In this document: one piece after another, positions 50,084 through 62,800 of the stretch
Layout of the letters: each line of letters begins with the position of its first letter
How positions within the stretch are numbered: the first letter of the stretch is position 1
Source of the DNA: Lama guanicoe
Taxonomy: Eukaryota
DNA: 64,000 nt
Direction: 5' to 3'
Assembly: GCA_013239625.1 (NCBI GenBank)
Contig: MU053379.1
Span: 568,490-632,489 of the forward strand
Notes under the pieces: model-generated
The model's input: the letters and a program-made list of their open reading frames with translations, nothing else
Told to the model about the DNA's origin: nothing
Database searches by the model: none
Made by a program: the position numbers and the translations under genes

Positions 50084-50126
50084 GTTGCTAGGCAACCGGA
50101 ACTTCTAGCATCAATCTCCAGGCAAC
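50084..50126. promoter_or_regulatory. Paired RFX X-box motifs
   Basis: Palindromic GTTGCTAGGCAAC (50084-50096) and ATCTCCAGGCAAC (50114-50126). Confidence 0.6.
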
Positions 50127-50959
50127 TCTGCTTGGCTCTCCATATATGCAGTGCATTTTCTGACTCACAAAGGAGGTAAGAGCTGATTCCTAGAATAGGA
50201 AAGGACTTCAAAAGATTATCCAGTCCAACCCTTTGCCTTCGAGCACAAAAGGCATAATTATCCTCTTTTTATGGATAAGGCCTCAAATTGGGAGTGACTC
50301 CTTTCTTTGAATGAGCCCAGACTTCGATTCTTCTAACAAAAGTCAGGTGGAAAATTTAGGAAAGTGAGAGATGGACACTGGTCAAAGCCTTCCTGTTAAG
50401 CACAGGGACCAAAACTTACACATGATGTGCATTTTCTGAAGGTGAAACTGTTCATCTCAGGGCCTGTTGGGTCCTGAAGTCTGAACTGGCCTTGCTCACT
50501 CCAGCCAGAAGCAGACAGACAGAGGGAGCCTGCTGCCTGCTGCTGCACCTTAAAGAGACCCAGGAGCAGGAGTGCTCCAAAAACGAGAAGGGATTTCTGG
50601 TGCCCCTTTCAATCTAAAATGGCAGAAAAGTCTCCTTGAATTCTGACAAGCAAAAAGTCACTTGCTTAGGCCTCTATGCACACAAAGGGATAACCTACAT
50701 AAATCGACGTAATGGAGCAAGGCTGCTGGGACTTTAAACAGATTCACGGGCTCTGTACCAAGTATTCACCATTCTTTAGCACCCTTGCAGATATCCTTAC
50801 AGAAGAGAACGCAGTCACCACTAAGGCACCCTTTGCTTTGGAGCGATGGTCATGAATTGAATGCTCTCTCTTGCCATAAGGAGGGGAGAGGTGATCTGTG
50901 ACAGCAGGCGGTTCAAGCCCATCATGGGAGCCAGCCCTAAAATTCCTCAGGACACCAGG

Positions 50960-51385
50960 TGCCTGAGTTGGAAGCACATCCTGAGATGAGAGTTTGGTGC
51001 AAGTAATTTGCTGAGAAGGCTCCCAGGAAGCAGGCTAGGGATGGGGAGAGTCCAAGCAGGGATGCTATTTCAGAAGTCCTGACCCCGTGGGGAGCTCTGG
51101 AGTGTAATTGTGCCTCAGAGTTTGTTCCATACCCAGGCAAGGGGGCTGGGCTGCCAGATTCTTTAGTTGGCCCATCCTTGGCTAAGAGCCCCACCTGGAG
51201 AAGTAAACTTCAAGGCTTCTCCGCCTTTCTGCACCTGTGGGCAAAGGGGCTCTAGGAGCCAAGAGTTAAAACTGCTGGTAGGCATAAAAAAGCCCCAGGA
51301 GAAAGCCCAGAGGGAGGAGAAGGGAATTGTGCTCCAAGAACAATTCCTACAGCTCATCTCTCTTTGTCTTCAGACAAGGCAACTG
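50960..51385. mobile_element. MaLR (MLT1-like) LTR relic
   Basis: gaagcacatcctgagatgagagtttggtgcaagtaatttg, related to the copies at 29010 and 39300. Confidence 0.5.
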
Positions 51386-51929
51386 GGCTTCCTCGGTGAC
51401 ACATGTGACAGCAGTTGAAAGCTGCCCCCACCCCGAGGCCCAATGAGAAAGCTTTTCCAAACCAATGTGAATGCAATAAACAAATTATCCTGCCTAAATA
51501 TATGCCCATTGGGACCATGGTAGAGAGAGAATGACACCCTCATGGCTCCAGGGGACAAAAGGAAGCCATTCCTCTGTCCTGACCAGTCACTACCTTCCTG
51601 TTTCATCTCATAAAATGTTTTTCTGCCAAATGCTTGAAAATGCCTTCTTGAGTCACAGGAAATATTGCTCACATTTCCCAGTGTGACCAATATTCGAGAA
51701 ATTTCAAAGAATTTCCTTATTGGGGGTGGGGATTATTGCCACCTTCAAATATTTTGAGTTCCCTCCATGACCCTGGGTTTCTGGGTGGTTCTAAAGGGCT
51801 GAGCTAGGTTTGCAGGGTAAATGTCATAAGGAGGCAAATTTGTGGCCGAGGAGAACCATCCATAATAAAGCAACCCAGATACTGGACTAGAGCACCGTTT
51901 CCAAAACAGCCCTTCCAGGGGTTGGATTT

Positions 51930-52490
51930 TCCCATGTGCATGCTATCAAAGTATAACAGACACACAGAAAAATGCACAAATATTAGGTGCAGCTGAAAGG
52001 CTTCTTACAAAGCTAACAGATCCAGGTCAACAGCACACAAATCGAGAAACAGACCATCACCTGAGACCATTACCAGTAGGCCCTGTTTTGTCCAGCATTA
52101 TGTTTAGAGATTCCTCTGTGCTGTTGTTCACACTCACTGAGTACCACTCCGTTGTGTAGATGGGTATTTGGGCTGTTTCCACGTTGGGGCTGCTATGAGT
52201 AACACTGCTGTGAGCACTCTGCTGCTGTCTCTTGGTGAAGATGTGGATGCACTGCTGTTTGGTGTGATGAGGGCTCAAAGAGCTGAGTCATGGGGTGCAC
52301 GTATGCACAGGGCTAGTAGTTTTCCAGAGCTGGTGTCGTCCCTGACACCCCCTCCAGCAGTATGAGAGCTACAGGTGTTCCACATCCTTGCCAGCATCTG
52401 GTAAGCCTTCTGCACTTCAGCGCTCCTGTGGGTATTCATGGGAACTGCACCCAAGTTTTCCTTTATATTTCCCTGGTCGCAAGTGAAGCT
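51930..52490 (-). mobile_element. Old L1 (L1M) 3' fragment
   Basis: gatgggtatttgggctgtttccacgttggggctgctatgagtaacactgctgtgagca. Confidence 0.65.
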
Positions 52491-52744
52491 GAGCGCTGGG
52501 GGAGGTTTGAGAATGATAGATTCCCATGTCTCCGCCAAGAGTCAGTGAAGACAAATCCTTAGGGATGAACAGCCCAGGAATCTGTCTCTTCAATGCCTTG
52601 TTCAGGGACTGCTAGAGCAGCCAGCCCGTTGCTGGGCTACAGTCAGGGGTGCGTGGCCTCCAGGAATAAGGCAATGGCTCTGTGAGCCTCTGTACCGGGG
52701 TGCTGTTGTGCAGAACATCAGACTCTGCCTCTGACTGGGTGCCT

Positions 52745-53130
52745 GTATTAGATCAAGATTGAAAACTAGAAATCCAAAAACAGTAGATAAACCAAGACAG
52801 AGGTTTATTTTTCTGTTATGTGAAAGATAATACAGAAGTAAGGAGCCCGGGGTGAGGGTACTGGCGTTGCCACTGCGAATTAGGGAATCTGTCTCTTTCT
52901 AGATTTCTGCTCCTCGACCTTCATGTGACCTGGATGCTGCTGGAATGCCAGCCATCATGTGCACATTTCAGGCCAGGAAAGGGGAAGAGCAAAGGGAAAA
53001 AAGAAACCCATCAGCTGAACTGGCACTTTTTAGAAGTTTTCCCAAAAAGTCACCCAGTGACTTGTTTCTCATTAGCCAGAACTGTCACATGACCACCCCT
53101 GCCTGCAAGGGAGGCTGGGAAATGTAGTTT
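52745..53130. mobile_element. MaLR (MLT1J-like) LTR relic
   Basis: tctcattagccagaactgtcacatgaccacccctgcctgcaagggaggctgggaaatgtagt. Confidence 0.6.
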
Positions 53131-54559
53131 TGTAACTGTTCTCTCCTTAAATCCCCTTTGCTGTCTTGATTATTAGGAGGAACATGTGAATTGGGCTTCG
53201 GAGAATTTGATACCATAAATAGAAGAACTCTGAAAGACAATGGTCTTTCAGGGGTAATCCTCACAAATTAGGGAAATTAAAAAAAAAAGTCAGTATTTTG
53301 TACCAGTGGGAAGTGAGTAAGCCAACTGCAGGTTTTGGTGAGTGCAGGGTTCTGTAGGCGATACGGTGCCACCAGTTCTTCATAGGCAAAAATCCACTTG
53401 CCAGGACCAACTTTAAGTGGCTTAGGAACAGCCCTTCCCGAGGTCTTCCTGATGCAAGATTCCTCTTCCAGCTATGTGAGGCCAGTCTCTCCCTGGGCTT
53501 CACACCTGTTTCTCCAAGATCCCCACCCTCCCCCCACCCAGGGTTTTCTCCACACTGTCCTGCATGACCTCTCTCTTTGGAGCCTTAGTGTGTCCCCACG
53601 TCTTGCCCTGGATTTGGCTTTGACCTCAGGGGATGGGCTCTCTGAGTGGATAGCCAACTGGTCCACCCCGAGCAGCTTAGGCCCAGTGTGCTGACAACTG
53701 AATGTTTACCCGAGAACATCACAGGGTCCTATGAGCACTTGGATCCAACCAGTGAGTTCCTTGCCAGCTGCACAAGTGTCACCACTACTGATCATTCACT
53801 TGGGGCTTACTCACACATGACCTTGTGGCAGCTCCCAGCTTTGCTCCTCATGGTCGCACCTGCAGCAGCCTCTGACCAGTGTGGTCCTGCCTTCCAGTCC
53901 CAAATGCCTCGATTCCATTTTCCCAGGTGATGGTCTTAGAGATCAGATCATGTGTCTCTCTGCCCTTACAGTCTGTCACTGAGACAAAGTCCTGGTGTCC
54001 TAATGTGTCATCCTCTCCTGCCTCGCAGTTGCTGGCTCCACCTCCCTGACACGCGCGGGGCTCCTGCCCTCCTGCGCTCTCATAGGCTTGTCACCCGCAT
54101 GACACTTGCCTTCTCCCGCCTCTACATCCTTCCTTCCAGGACCTTCTCTCCCCTAGGAATCCCCTCCCCCTTCCATGTGTTTCTATTCAGTCATTCCTAC
54201 TCACCCCTTTGACTTTGGCTTAAAACACCACTTCCTGAGAGATCCTTGCTGACTCCCTGGACCAGAGTTTCTCAAATTCACTGACGATCAGAATCCTTAG
54301 AGTACTTGTAAAGACCAGATGCCCTGGGCCACACCAGGTCCACAGACTCAGAATCTCCAGGAGCTGCAGTTTGAACGAGCATCCCTGGTGCCATCAGGAA
54401 ATTAGAAGCACCCCCACCCCAAGACCAGGTTTGCTCAAGCCTTTCGCAGGTGCTTGGACAAGCCCGTGGAATCACTGTCACTGGATCCTGTCTGATATCA
54501 TCATTTTTTTCGTGTTTGGTTCACATATGCAGCCAGGGTTGTGAACTGCCGTCTCAGAC

Positions 54560-54737
54560 CAATGTTCTCAAACACTCATGTGCAGGAGAATCATCTGAGG
54601 GGCTGTTTTAAGTGCAAATCCTCAGGCCCCCAGCCTCCAGGATGCTGACTCAGGAGAGCTGGTGTTGAGGCCAGGAATCCGCATTTACCACTAGTCCCCA
54701 CAAGATTCTGATCACCACGGTCTGTGAGACCCCCTGG
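54560..54737. mobile_element. hAT-Charlie MITE, MER5A-like (a related degraded copy at ~54265-54400)
   Basis: caatgttctcaaa...gaatcatctgagggg...ggccaggaatccgcatt...gattctgat...tgagacccctg. Confidence 0.65.
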
Positions 54738-55870
54738 CTGGGACAACTCAGGGCTCCACTGCTGACTCCCCCAGAATGACAGCCCTCCCTGTTTAAATAG
54801 TGAGTTTCTGTCTGTCCCCTGGGCTGTAGGCTCCAAGAGGGCAGAGACCTTCCTATGACAAGCCCAGAATTAATGCAGAGCCAGGACGTGGTACTCACTC
54901 AACAGATGCTCATGGAGTCTCTTCATTGTGCAATACCTTTCTGTATATCGGTGTCTTATTTTCCCAACTATTACATAAAATATTTGAGAACATGTCATGT
55001 TCCTCGTCCTATAACACAGTGACTTTTATAGTGTAGCTATTCTGTCAATTTATTTTCTATGGTGTACTGGGTGTCACCTGCAGTTCTCAAGCTGCTATGG
55101 CAGCACTGAAGCTCAAAGCAGGCTGGTGAGATACCTGTTTTACCCGGTGTTCTGTCAATTCAGAAATTGCTCAGAAGGGAGGAAGCAGGAGAGACCCAAT
55201 TTTACTTTTCAGACATAAGCAAATGCTGTCCAAACAGTGCCAGCAACTCAGTCACACTGGAATATGGACTGTGCTCTGGTTTCTCTCAGAAGTGAGAGCA
55301 TCCTTGTTCTGACACATTCTTGCCCCATGGGGATAAATCCATGGAGAAATGTCTAGCAGGGTCCTTCTCCAAGCGTTGGGAAGCATAGCATGTTTGTGAC
55401 AGAACTCCCAGCAAAGATGAGAGCCAGCCAGCCCTCAGATCCCCTGGAGGTCACCAGGTCCTCATTCATCGACACTTCTAAGTTAAATAAACTCAGAATC
55501 CTGTTCCAGGAAAACACTGAACTTTTAATCATAATTGACTTCAGGAAATTTCACACCGTTCACCTGGCCCATATGTCCAGGCAAACTCACGTCCATGATA
55601 CGTTCTTAAACTTCTCAAATAAGCAGTGACCTCCCTTGAAACTGTCTCCTTCAAAGCTGAAGGTCTGCACATCAAGAGCATATGAAGCACCAGCACCTTC
55701 TGGCTCTGATTCAAAGCTCTGAACCAATGACTGTGGAGTGTGTTGCAGTTTTATCAAGGACTGATGGTGTTCCTCGTCCTTTGAATCACTGGACTCTAAG
55801 GAGAAACATAGTGCAGGGGTTTTCCAACTTTTTGACCATGAGTTTCGGTGAGAAATTTTGCAGTGCAACC

Positions 55871-55998
55871 CAACACACACCACAGCACACACACACACCT
55901 CAACACACACAGACACACACACACACACCCGACACACACACACCCCACACCACACACATACACACACACCACACACACCACACACACACACACATACA
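55871..55998. repeat. Imperfect (CA)n repeat
   Basis: About 125 nt of CA/CCA units. Confidence 0.9.
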
Positions 55999-56444
55999 GT
56001 TTCTCATGTTACATGCTGGCTATTACCCTTTCTGTTCTATTTCATTCGTGGATCATCCCATCCATTAAATCACTGGTTCGCGACCTTAGCTGTCTACTGG
56101 AATGACCTGAGAAGTGTTAACAATTTCCAAAGCCTGGGTCCTAGTCCCAGAGATTATGATTTAATTTTAAATTCTGAGGTGTGACCTGGGCACACTCAAT
56201 GTCCCCACTGGAAGATTTAATTGTGCAGCCCAGGTACATAACCTGTACATCAGTTGATTTCCTAGCCCATAAGTGGGTCACAACTTGCAGTCTGAAAAAC
56301 ACAAGCATTGAATAATATTAGACAGCCATTTTCAAAGACAAATCTGCAAGCAAACTTCTTTATTCACTCAACAAGCAGTGTGCCAAGGGCTGTCCTGGGC
56401 GCTGGGGATGTAAATAAGCTGCAGCTATTGTCTCTGCCCTTGAA

Positions 56445-57065
56445 GAACGGACAGCTCATTTCCCAAATGGAACACTCCAGTGTAGCCAACACCCGGATCA
56501 AGAAACAGAGCTCTGCCAGCACCCAGAAGCCCCCTGTGTCCCTTCCAGGCACACCCACCCCACGACTAACCACTAACCTGACTTCTAACAGCATAGACTC
56601 GTTTTGCCAGTTTTTATACTTTACACAAATGGAATCATCCGGTATGCTGTCCTCTGTGGCTTCTTTAGGTCAGCATTCTAATTGTGAGAGTCACCCCCAT
56701 TATTCCAAGTAGCTAGAGTTTTCCCATGATCATTGAAGTACAATGTTCCACAGCCTATAAATACCCCTCAGTTGGTCGTTTTACTGTGGATGGGCATTTG
56801 GGGGCTTCACAGTTTGCACCTTTGAACATCGCAGTACATATGCCTGGTGAATATAGATGCCCTTTTTTGTTGGAGACCTGCCTAGACATGGAACTTTCGG
56901 GCCATAGCTTAAGCACATGGACAACATTAGGAGTCAGAGCCAAACTGTTTCCCAGCGTGTTTGCAGTAATTCACATTCCCATCAGCAAAGTACCCACCTG
57001 CTCCACATCTTTTCCAGCACTTCGTATTGTCAGTCTGATTCATTTTAGCCATTTCAGTCTGTGTT
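56445..57065 (-). mobile_element. Old L1 (L1ME/MC-like) 3' fragment
   Basis: ctgacttctaacagcatagactcgttttgccagtttttatactttacacaaatggaatcat. Confidence 0.65.
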
Positions 57066-57283
57066 AGAGCTCACATTTGCAATATGCTTAGTTAGAAAGG
57101 GAAGGTTTTTTAATTGACACATATGTATATCAATATTCTAAATCGTGCATGGAAACCTTCCCTTGACTTGGGGGTTCATGGATGTTTCAGGGGTCTAGGC
57201 GCTATCTTAGTCATCATGTCTCTCTCCCTCTCTCCCACCCCACTTGCCCTTGTTCTCAAACTCTCTCTGCCTCCGGTACCCAG

Positions 57284-57511
57284 CCTGGATCTGACCTGGA
57301 GAGACATGCAGCATCTGACTGTGCTCACCTCCAAACGGAACCAGCTTCACGACGAGGTGCATCAGTGGCGGAGAAACGGCGTCGGCCTGGAGTTTAACCA
57401 CCTCTTTGGCTACGGGGTCCTTGACGCAGGCGCCATGGTGAAAATGGCTAAAGACTGGAAAACCGTGCCTGAGAGATTCCACTGCGTGGGAGGCTCCGTG
57501 CAGGACCCTGA
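57284..57511 (+). CDS. PCSK2: PCSK2 coding exon (exon 11 equivalent), (N)LDLTWRDMQHL...FGYGVLDAGAMVKMAKDWKTVPERFHCVGGSVQDP(E), end of catalytic domain into start of P domain
   Basis: cccag|CCTG acceptor; CCTGA|gtaagt donor; 228 nt; LTWRDMQHL and FGYG motifs in ORF 57114..57515. Confidence 0.98.
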
Positions 57512-58299
57512 GTAAGTGGGGGCAGCCGTCCTGCTGCTGCGGGTGGAAAATACCCCAGAGGTGGCACCCCTGCACTGGGGACAATAGCAGATTCCCCCTC
57601 TGTGTCATCCCGAGAGGCACTAGACTGGTTCAGGGACAGCCAGCTTCCAGGCAGAGCTGTAGTGTCGCACAGCTCCAGGGACGCCATTTACATAGACCAA
57701 CTGGGTGACTCAGAACCCCTGCTCTAGGTGTGGCCCTTTTCTGTTTCGGTGGTTTATGCTGTCATTTTTAAGTGCACAGATCAACCAGCATAACCAGCTC
57801 CCAGATCAGTAAACACCATGACCAGTGTCCCAGAAGGTCCCCTGTGTCCCCTTCCATCATCATATCCCCAGGAGTCATACCACCCCTCTAAGTCCACAGA
57901 TTATTTTGCTTATTTTATGCTTCATATAAATGGAATCGTACGTCATATTCTCCCTTGTCGCTAGGTTATTTTACTCAGGATGACTTGACCGTGTTTAGTG
58001 TGTATTTGTAGTGCATTTGCTCTCATTGCCGAACAGTGTTCTGTCCTGGGACTGTAACACTATGTATTCATTCTACCTGTGGGGCGGTGTAAGGACCTGG
58101 TTTGATTCTGGGTGAGGTGGAGAGCCCTTTGGAGGGAGCTGAGTGCAGGGCTCCCCACACAGGAGCCACTGGGCTCGTCACGTGTACCTACTTCCCTTCC
58201 AACTTCCATCACAACAAGAAAATTGGACAGTAAGGAACCCTCTTTATTCCTCTCCTCACTGGTCCATCAGTGAGATGAAGTAACAGTTCTCATCATTAA

Positions 58300-58665
58300 T
58301 CTTTTTAATTACATACAGTGACATGCACAGAGCTTAAGCATATTACTTGAATTTTGATAAATGTATACAACTGAGTAACCACCCCCGATCGAGTGACAGA
58401 AAATGCCATCACCCTCAAAAGACCCCTCGTGCCCTCTTCCAGTTAACCCCCACATGCCATGGACAACCATTGTCTGCATTCCTGTTCCCATAAGTTAACT
58501 TTGCCACTTCTTGGACGTTAACTAGAGTCACGTGCGGTGGGTGCTTCTATGTCCAGTTTCTCTTATCCAGCATTATTCTCATGAGATGTGTCCCATTGTT
58601 GGGTGGAGTAACAGCTCGTTCACTCTCACTGCAGGGTAGTATTCCACTGCGAGACTGCACCTGTG
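58300..58665 (-). mobile_element. Old L1 (L1MB/MC-like) 3' fragment
   Basis: ttgaattttgataaatgtatacaactgagtaaccacccc...aaaagacccctcgtgccc. Confidence 0.6.
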
Positions 58666-58964
58666 ATGTATGTCATGTAAATAGTGGTGAAATCTGTCTC
58701 TTTAACTACCCCGACCCAGCCTTATTTCTATTGATCACCTGAGCTTGGCCAGAACCAGACCCTGTCACGGTACCTCCTCCCTACCGCCCCCTTTGGTCCC
58801 GGATTCTCTGCAGCTTTTGCAGTCAGTCACCCTGAGCTGGAGTCAGGTCCTGAGTTCACCAGGCTGGACGATACTTCCGACCTCCCTGAACCTCTGCTTT
58901 AGTCATTCTCAGTGTTCGTGCCCTGAGCCCTTTGGGCAGGATAGTGAAGTCTGTGGACTGCATC

Positions 58965-59370
58965 TCAGGATAATGCTTTTAACTACATTAAGATAAAACA
59001 TATAGGACTAAAAAGGAAGTCAATGAATGCTGAAAATCAGTTACAAAAATTTGTTTTAAAAATTTGAGAATGAAGTAATTTGTGTCCTTCTTTTAGCAAC
59101 ACATTAAGTAAAAAGCTCATGGTGGCAAGTCTAATGGCCACGATAATTTCAGAGCAGCGATAAGGACTGAAATGCTGCTTTAAGGCACCTTCAGTGATTG
59201 TGATGGGATATGAAAACCTCTGGGCCATTTGATGACAAACTCTGAGGAAGTGCCACGTACTCCTCGGGCATGTGGCCTGTGTTCATAATCAAAAAAGAAG
59301 CTACATTCCTCTGAGAAATTAGTGAAAATTAATACGTATGGTTTTTTCCACCTAAATTTTTACCACCCCG
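58965..59370. mobile_element. hAT Charlie1-like DNA transposon fragment
   Basis: aactacattaagataaaacatataggactaaaaaggaag...ttagtgaaaattaatacgtatggttttttccacc resembles the recalled Charlie1 end. Confidence 0.55.
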
Positions 59371-60199
59371 AAACAACAGCCTCTTCATTTTCTCCTCCCC
59401 AGTGAAGTGGAGCTGGTACCTCTCTCCTCCCCAGGCTGCTGGGAGGCTTCACTGGGACAACAAGCTCGAACAGAGCTGGCGACAGTAAATGTGACCCCGC
59501 CTTTCCCCTCCTCCATGCCTTTAAACACTCCAGTGTCACACCTGTGGATAATAATCCCCTAGAATTACATAACAATAATCTCCTAGAATTTTGGATACAG
59601 TAATTGCCTGACCCTTATGAATTCAAAATTGTGTATCCTTGCAACCTACAGCATCCTCCCACAGGCCAGTGTCCTCACTGTCCACTCGGTGAGCCAGAAA
59701 GTGGTACCGAGTGGCTACGGCAGAGCCGTGTGTATCTTCCCACGGACCAGTCCATGATCTCATAAAGGCAGCTCCCAGCAGCACAGTGTGGGAAAACAAA
59801 GCTTTAGCCCAATGTAATCACTTCTTTTAAAACAGAGCTGCACAAAATATAAAATATTTTAAAATACAGAACAATAGCTGCTCTGCAGAGTCCCTACGGG
59901 TTTTCTGGAAGCTGCCGTGCACACACATCATTTCTGTTCGTCATGGTACACTCTGCTTGGGAAGACAGGCTTCCCTGGGACCCAAACAGGTTGGCTGACT
60001 TGATCCAGGTCCCTGAGGCTGTAAGTGTAAGCGAAGGAAGGGCTTGACTTTTGTGGGGAACCTGCTCTGTGTTGCACACTTCACATACACATCAGCATCA
60101 CAGCCACCCTTGGTGTCAGGTTGTGTGCCTCACCTCAACAGTCAGGATGTAAATACTTGGCAGTTTTAACAACAAATTACCCATGTTATGTCTCAGGGA

Positions 60200-60395
60200 G
60201 AAGCGCCTACTATGTGCCTGGCCTGAGGCCTTTTACAAACACCTTTTGTATTTAATCCTCATCAGCGCGGGAGGTACATGCAATCGTGACTTTTTACAGG
60301 GGAGGATGCTGAGCCGCAGAAAGAAATGTGCTCAAGGTCACAAAGGGCAGGTCAGGACCTGAGACAAGGTCCATCTGAATCCAAACCCTGGCTTT
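60200..60395 (-). mobile_element. MIR SINE
   Basis: gcgcctactatgtgcctgg...tttaatcctcatcagc...tttttacaggggaggatgctgag...ctcaaggtcaca. Confidence 0.65.
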
Positions 60396-61874
60396 TCATT
60401 ACATGACATTGAGCTCAGTGGTCCCCGCTGTGTGTGGGCTCTGCATTAGAGCAGCCCCGCTGTGAGCTGGGAGGTGTCCCTGCAGGTGCGAAAAGGCTCA
60501 GGGGGGAGAAGGGCAGCCTGAGGTCACCCGGCTACTCAGCACCCAAACTAGGATTTGAATCCAGGCCCTCTGACCCCAGAACTCCCCCTGCGAGGGGCCT
60601 CTCAGTGCGCCTCAGTGATTCTCTGCTGGAGGAGGTGAGGCTCAGCGCACATCGGGTCTGGAAGGCTTCTTTCAATAACAAGTCCCCCTGGGGACTCTGA
60701 AACACCCACCTGGGGGCGGTCCCCCTCCCCACACTCCCTACCTGCTCTTCCAGTGACCCCGTCCCGGCCAGGGTCTGCAGACAGAGCCAAGCTAGGGAAC
60801 CACCGTCCAAACGGGGAGCTGAGTGATGAATCCTACGTTTCCCACAGTCAACACGAAACAGTCGCTGATAACTGCGTTCCCCTTGCTAGAGTTCACAATA
60901 ATTCTCAGAGTGATTCGGAAGCATCAGGAGACTTTCTGCAGCGGTGGAATGCTCTGTATCTGAGAGTTCGATACAATAGCCTGTGGCTGTGGAGCGCTCA
61001 AAGTGTGAATGAAGGTGACTAGGAAACTAAAGTTTCTGTTTGACTGAAGTTCGTTCCTTTAAGTTGAAAGAGCCCCGTGCGGCTCGTGGGCTACCGTCTT
61101 GGACAGCTCAGCTCTAAGGAGCAGCTGACAGAGACACCGTGGCAGGAGGGCTGGACCTGGTGCGGGCAGAACGGAGAGTGCAGGTTTCATACATCAGCCC
61201 CGGGAAGGGGCGTGTGGATGTGGAGCCAGCGAGGAAGCCTGGCCAGGGCCTGGCTTGTTCCACCCCCTACTCAGCCCCACACCCAGACCACAGGACATGC
61301 CGGGGGCCCGGACAGCTGTCTGCATACGAGTGGCCCTGGGAGAAGGCGGGCACAGAGCTGCCACCTGCTCACAAGGGCTCTGGGACAGTCCCTGGGCCGG
61401 CACCTTCTTCTACTGTCTAACTTAATCACAGGAGACTGGGTAAGAGAACAGGCTCAGAAAGATAAAGCAAAAGGCCCTGGTTCACAGAGCCGGCAACTCC
61501 GTCTGCAAAGCCCTGGGCGCTGGAACTTCTTTCTCTCACTGCAAAGAGGGAGAGATTTACAAAGAGGGACTCGCCAAGGGAAAGCCAGCGTTCGTGCCTT
61601 TGCAGACACTGGGCCAGCAGCAGGCAGGGGCCAGAAGGTTCTCGCGGGCAGTGCGCAGTGTGACCAGAGCAGGATCGACAGCTGGTTGCACATCGGCTAC
61701 GTTCACAATTAACGAAAGCTGCCATGGCGGCAGTGCTTAGGCGAAAGAGCCCTGGGGCCCTGTCAGTCAAGGCACATGTTGATATGGGACCTTATCAAGA
61801 CTGCCCTGGACAAACAGGTCCGCACAGATCCTCACACTCTGTGCATCTGGGAGGGCGACGTGGAAACGTGAGCC

Positions 61875-62426
61875 TGTTACCAAACGCGAGTGCCCAAGGC
61901 ACAGTGAGGCCAAACAAGAGGAAATGCCAGAGTTTGGAGCAGGAACAGGTTTATTGCAGGATCAAGCAACAAGAATGAGGGGCTCATGACCCCCCCCAAA
62001 AAAAGCGCCAAACTCCCTAAAGGGTTTCAGCTGAGCCTTTTTAAAGGTGAGCCGAGGGCGGGGAGTCCCGGGGTATGTGATCAGCTGTGCACGATTCTGA
62101 CTGGCTGATGGCGATGAATCCTCAGGTGCCAGAAGGCCTGGGGCCACATGCTCATGATCATCAAGGAGTACATTTCTTCCATTTAGTTGTGGTTTTTAGT
62201 ATCTGAAAAGCTCAGGAGTTCTTTTTTAAGTGGAGGCACTGCAGATTGAACCCAGGACATCAAGCATGCCAAGCACGTGCTCTGCCACTGAGCTATATCC
62301 CACCCCAAGACTCAGGAAATATGCATGAGATGCTGTTAATCTGGGTACTTGGGAGAGGAGCTACAGCAGAGGATGTGGGGGAGGAGTCTGTCCCGGGTAG
62401 GCCCCACAAGGTCCTGCTCAGATACG
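61875..62426 (-). mobile_element. ERV solo LTR interrupted by a SINE
   Basis: Begins TGTTAC and ends GATACG (a degenerate TG...CA); AATAAA on the minus strand near 61950; flanks agcc/tgcc resemble a 4-bp TSD. Confidence 0.6.
62218..62306 (-). mobile_element. Short tRNA-Ala-derived SINE (Vic-1-like) inserted in the LTR
   Basis: Minus strand GGGGTGGGATATAGCTCAGTGGCAGAGCACGTGCTTGGCATG...GGGTTCAATC; flanking CTCAGGA repeat at 62211-62217 and 62311-62317. Confidence 0.8.
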
Positions 62427-62684
62427 TGCCGAGATGAGCGACCACTTCTTTCTCGCTCCGAGAACACTGAACACTCTGTCATCATCCATATACGTGTTGA
62501 ATTTGGAGCCAGAGGCAACACTGGAAATAGGCTGTCTGACTCCATCATTTCACAGTTAAGGAATCTGAGGCCCTGAGATGAGACCATCCCAGCAGCTCAC
62601 AACTGGCCAGGAACTCATCCAGAATCAGCAGCACTGATTTTAATGAAAGGAACCTCAACAGCTGCTCCAGCACTAACTCACCTC

Positions 62685-62800
62685 GGGCTCCACGAGGAAG
62701 GGGACTCATGCGTCTTGTTCACTGGTGTGTCCCCAGTGCCTAGGACAGCGCCTTGCACTTAGCAGTCACTTGATCGGTATTGTCGGAATGACTGAACATT
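62685..62800 (+). mobile_element. LINE-2 3' end
   Basis: gctccacgaggaagggga...tcttgttcactggtgtgtccccagtgcctaggacagcgcc...ggaatgactgaa. Confidence 0.6.

Noticed and set aside
55587..56184. His/Thr- and Cys/Val-rich ORFs
   Set aside because: Translations of the (CA)n repeat.
57547..57560. AAA ATA CCC (KIP) just after exon 11, resembling the start of the last PCSK2 exon
   Set aside because: No acceptor, only ~35 nt from the donor, and the similarity does not extend; the last exon lies beyond the window.
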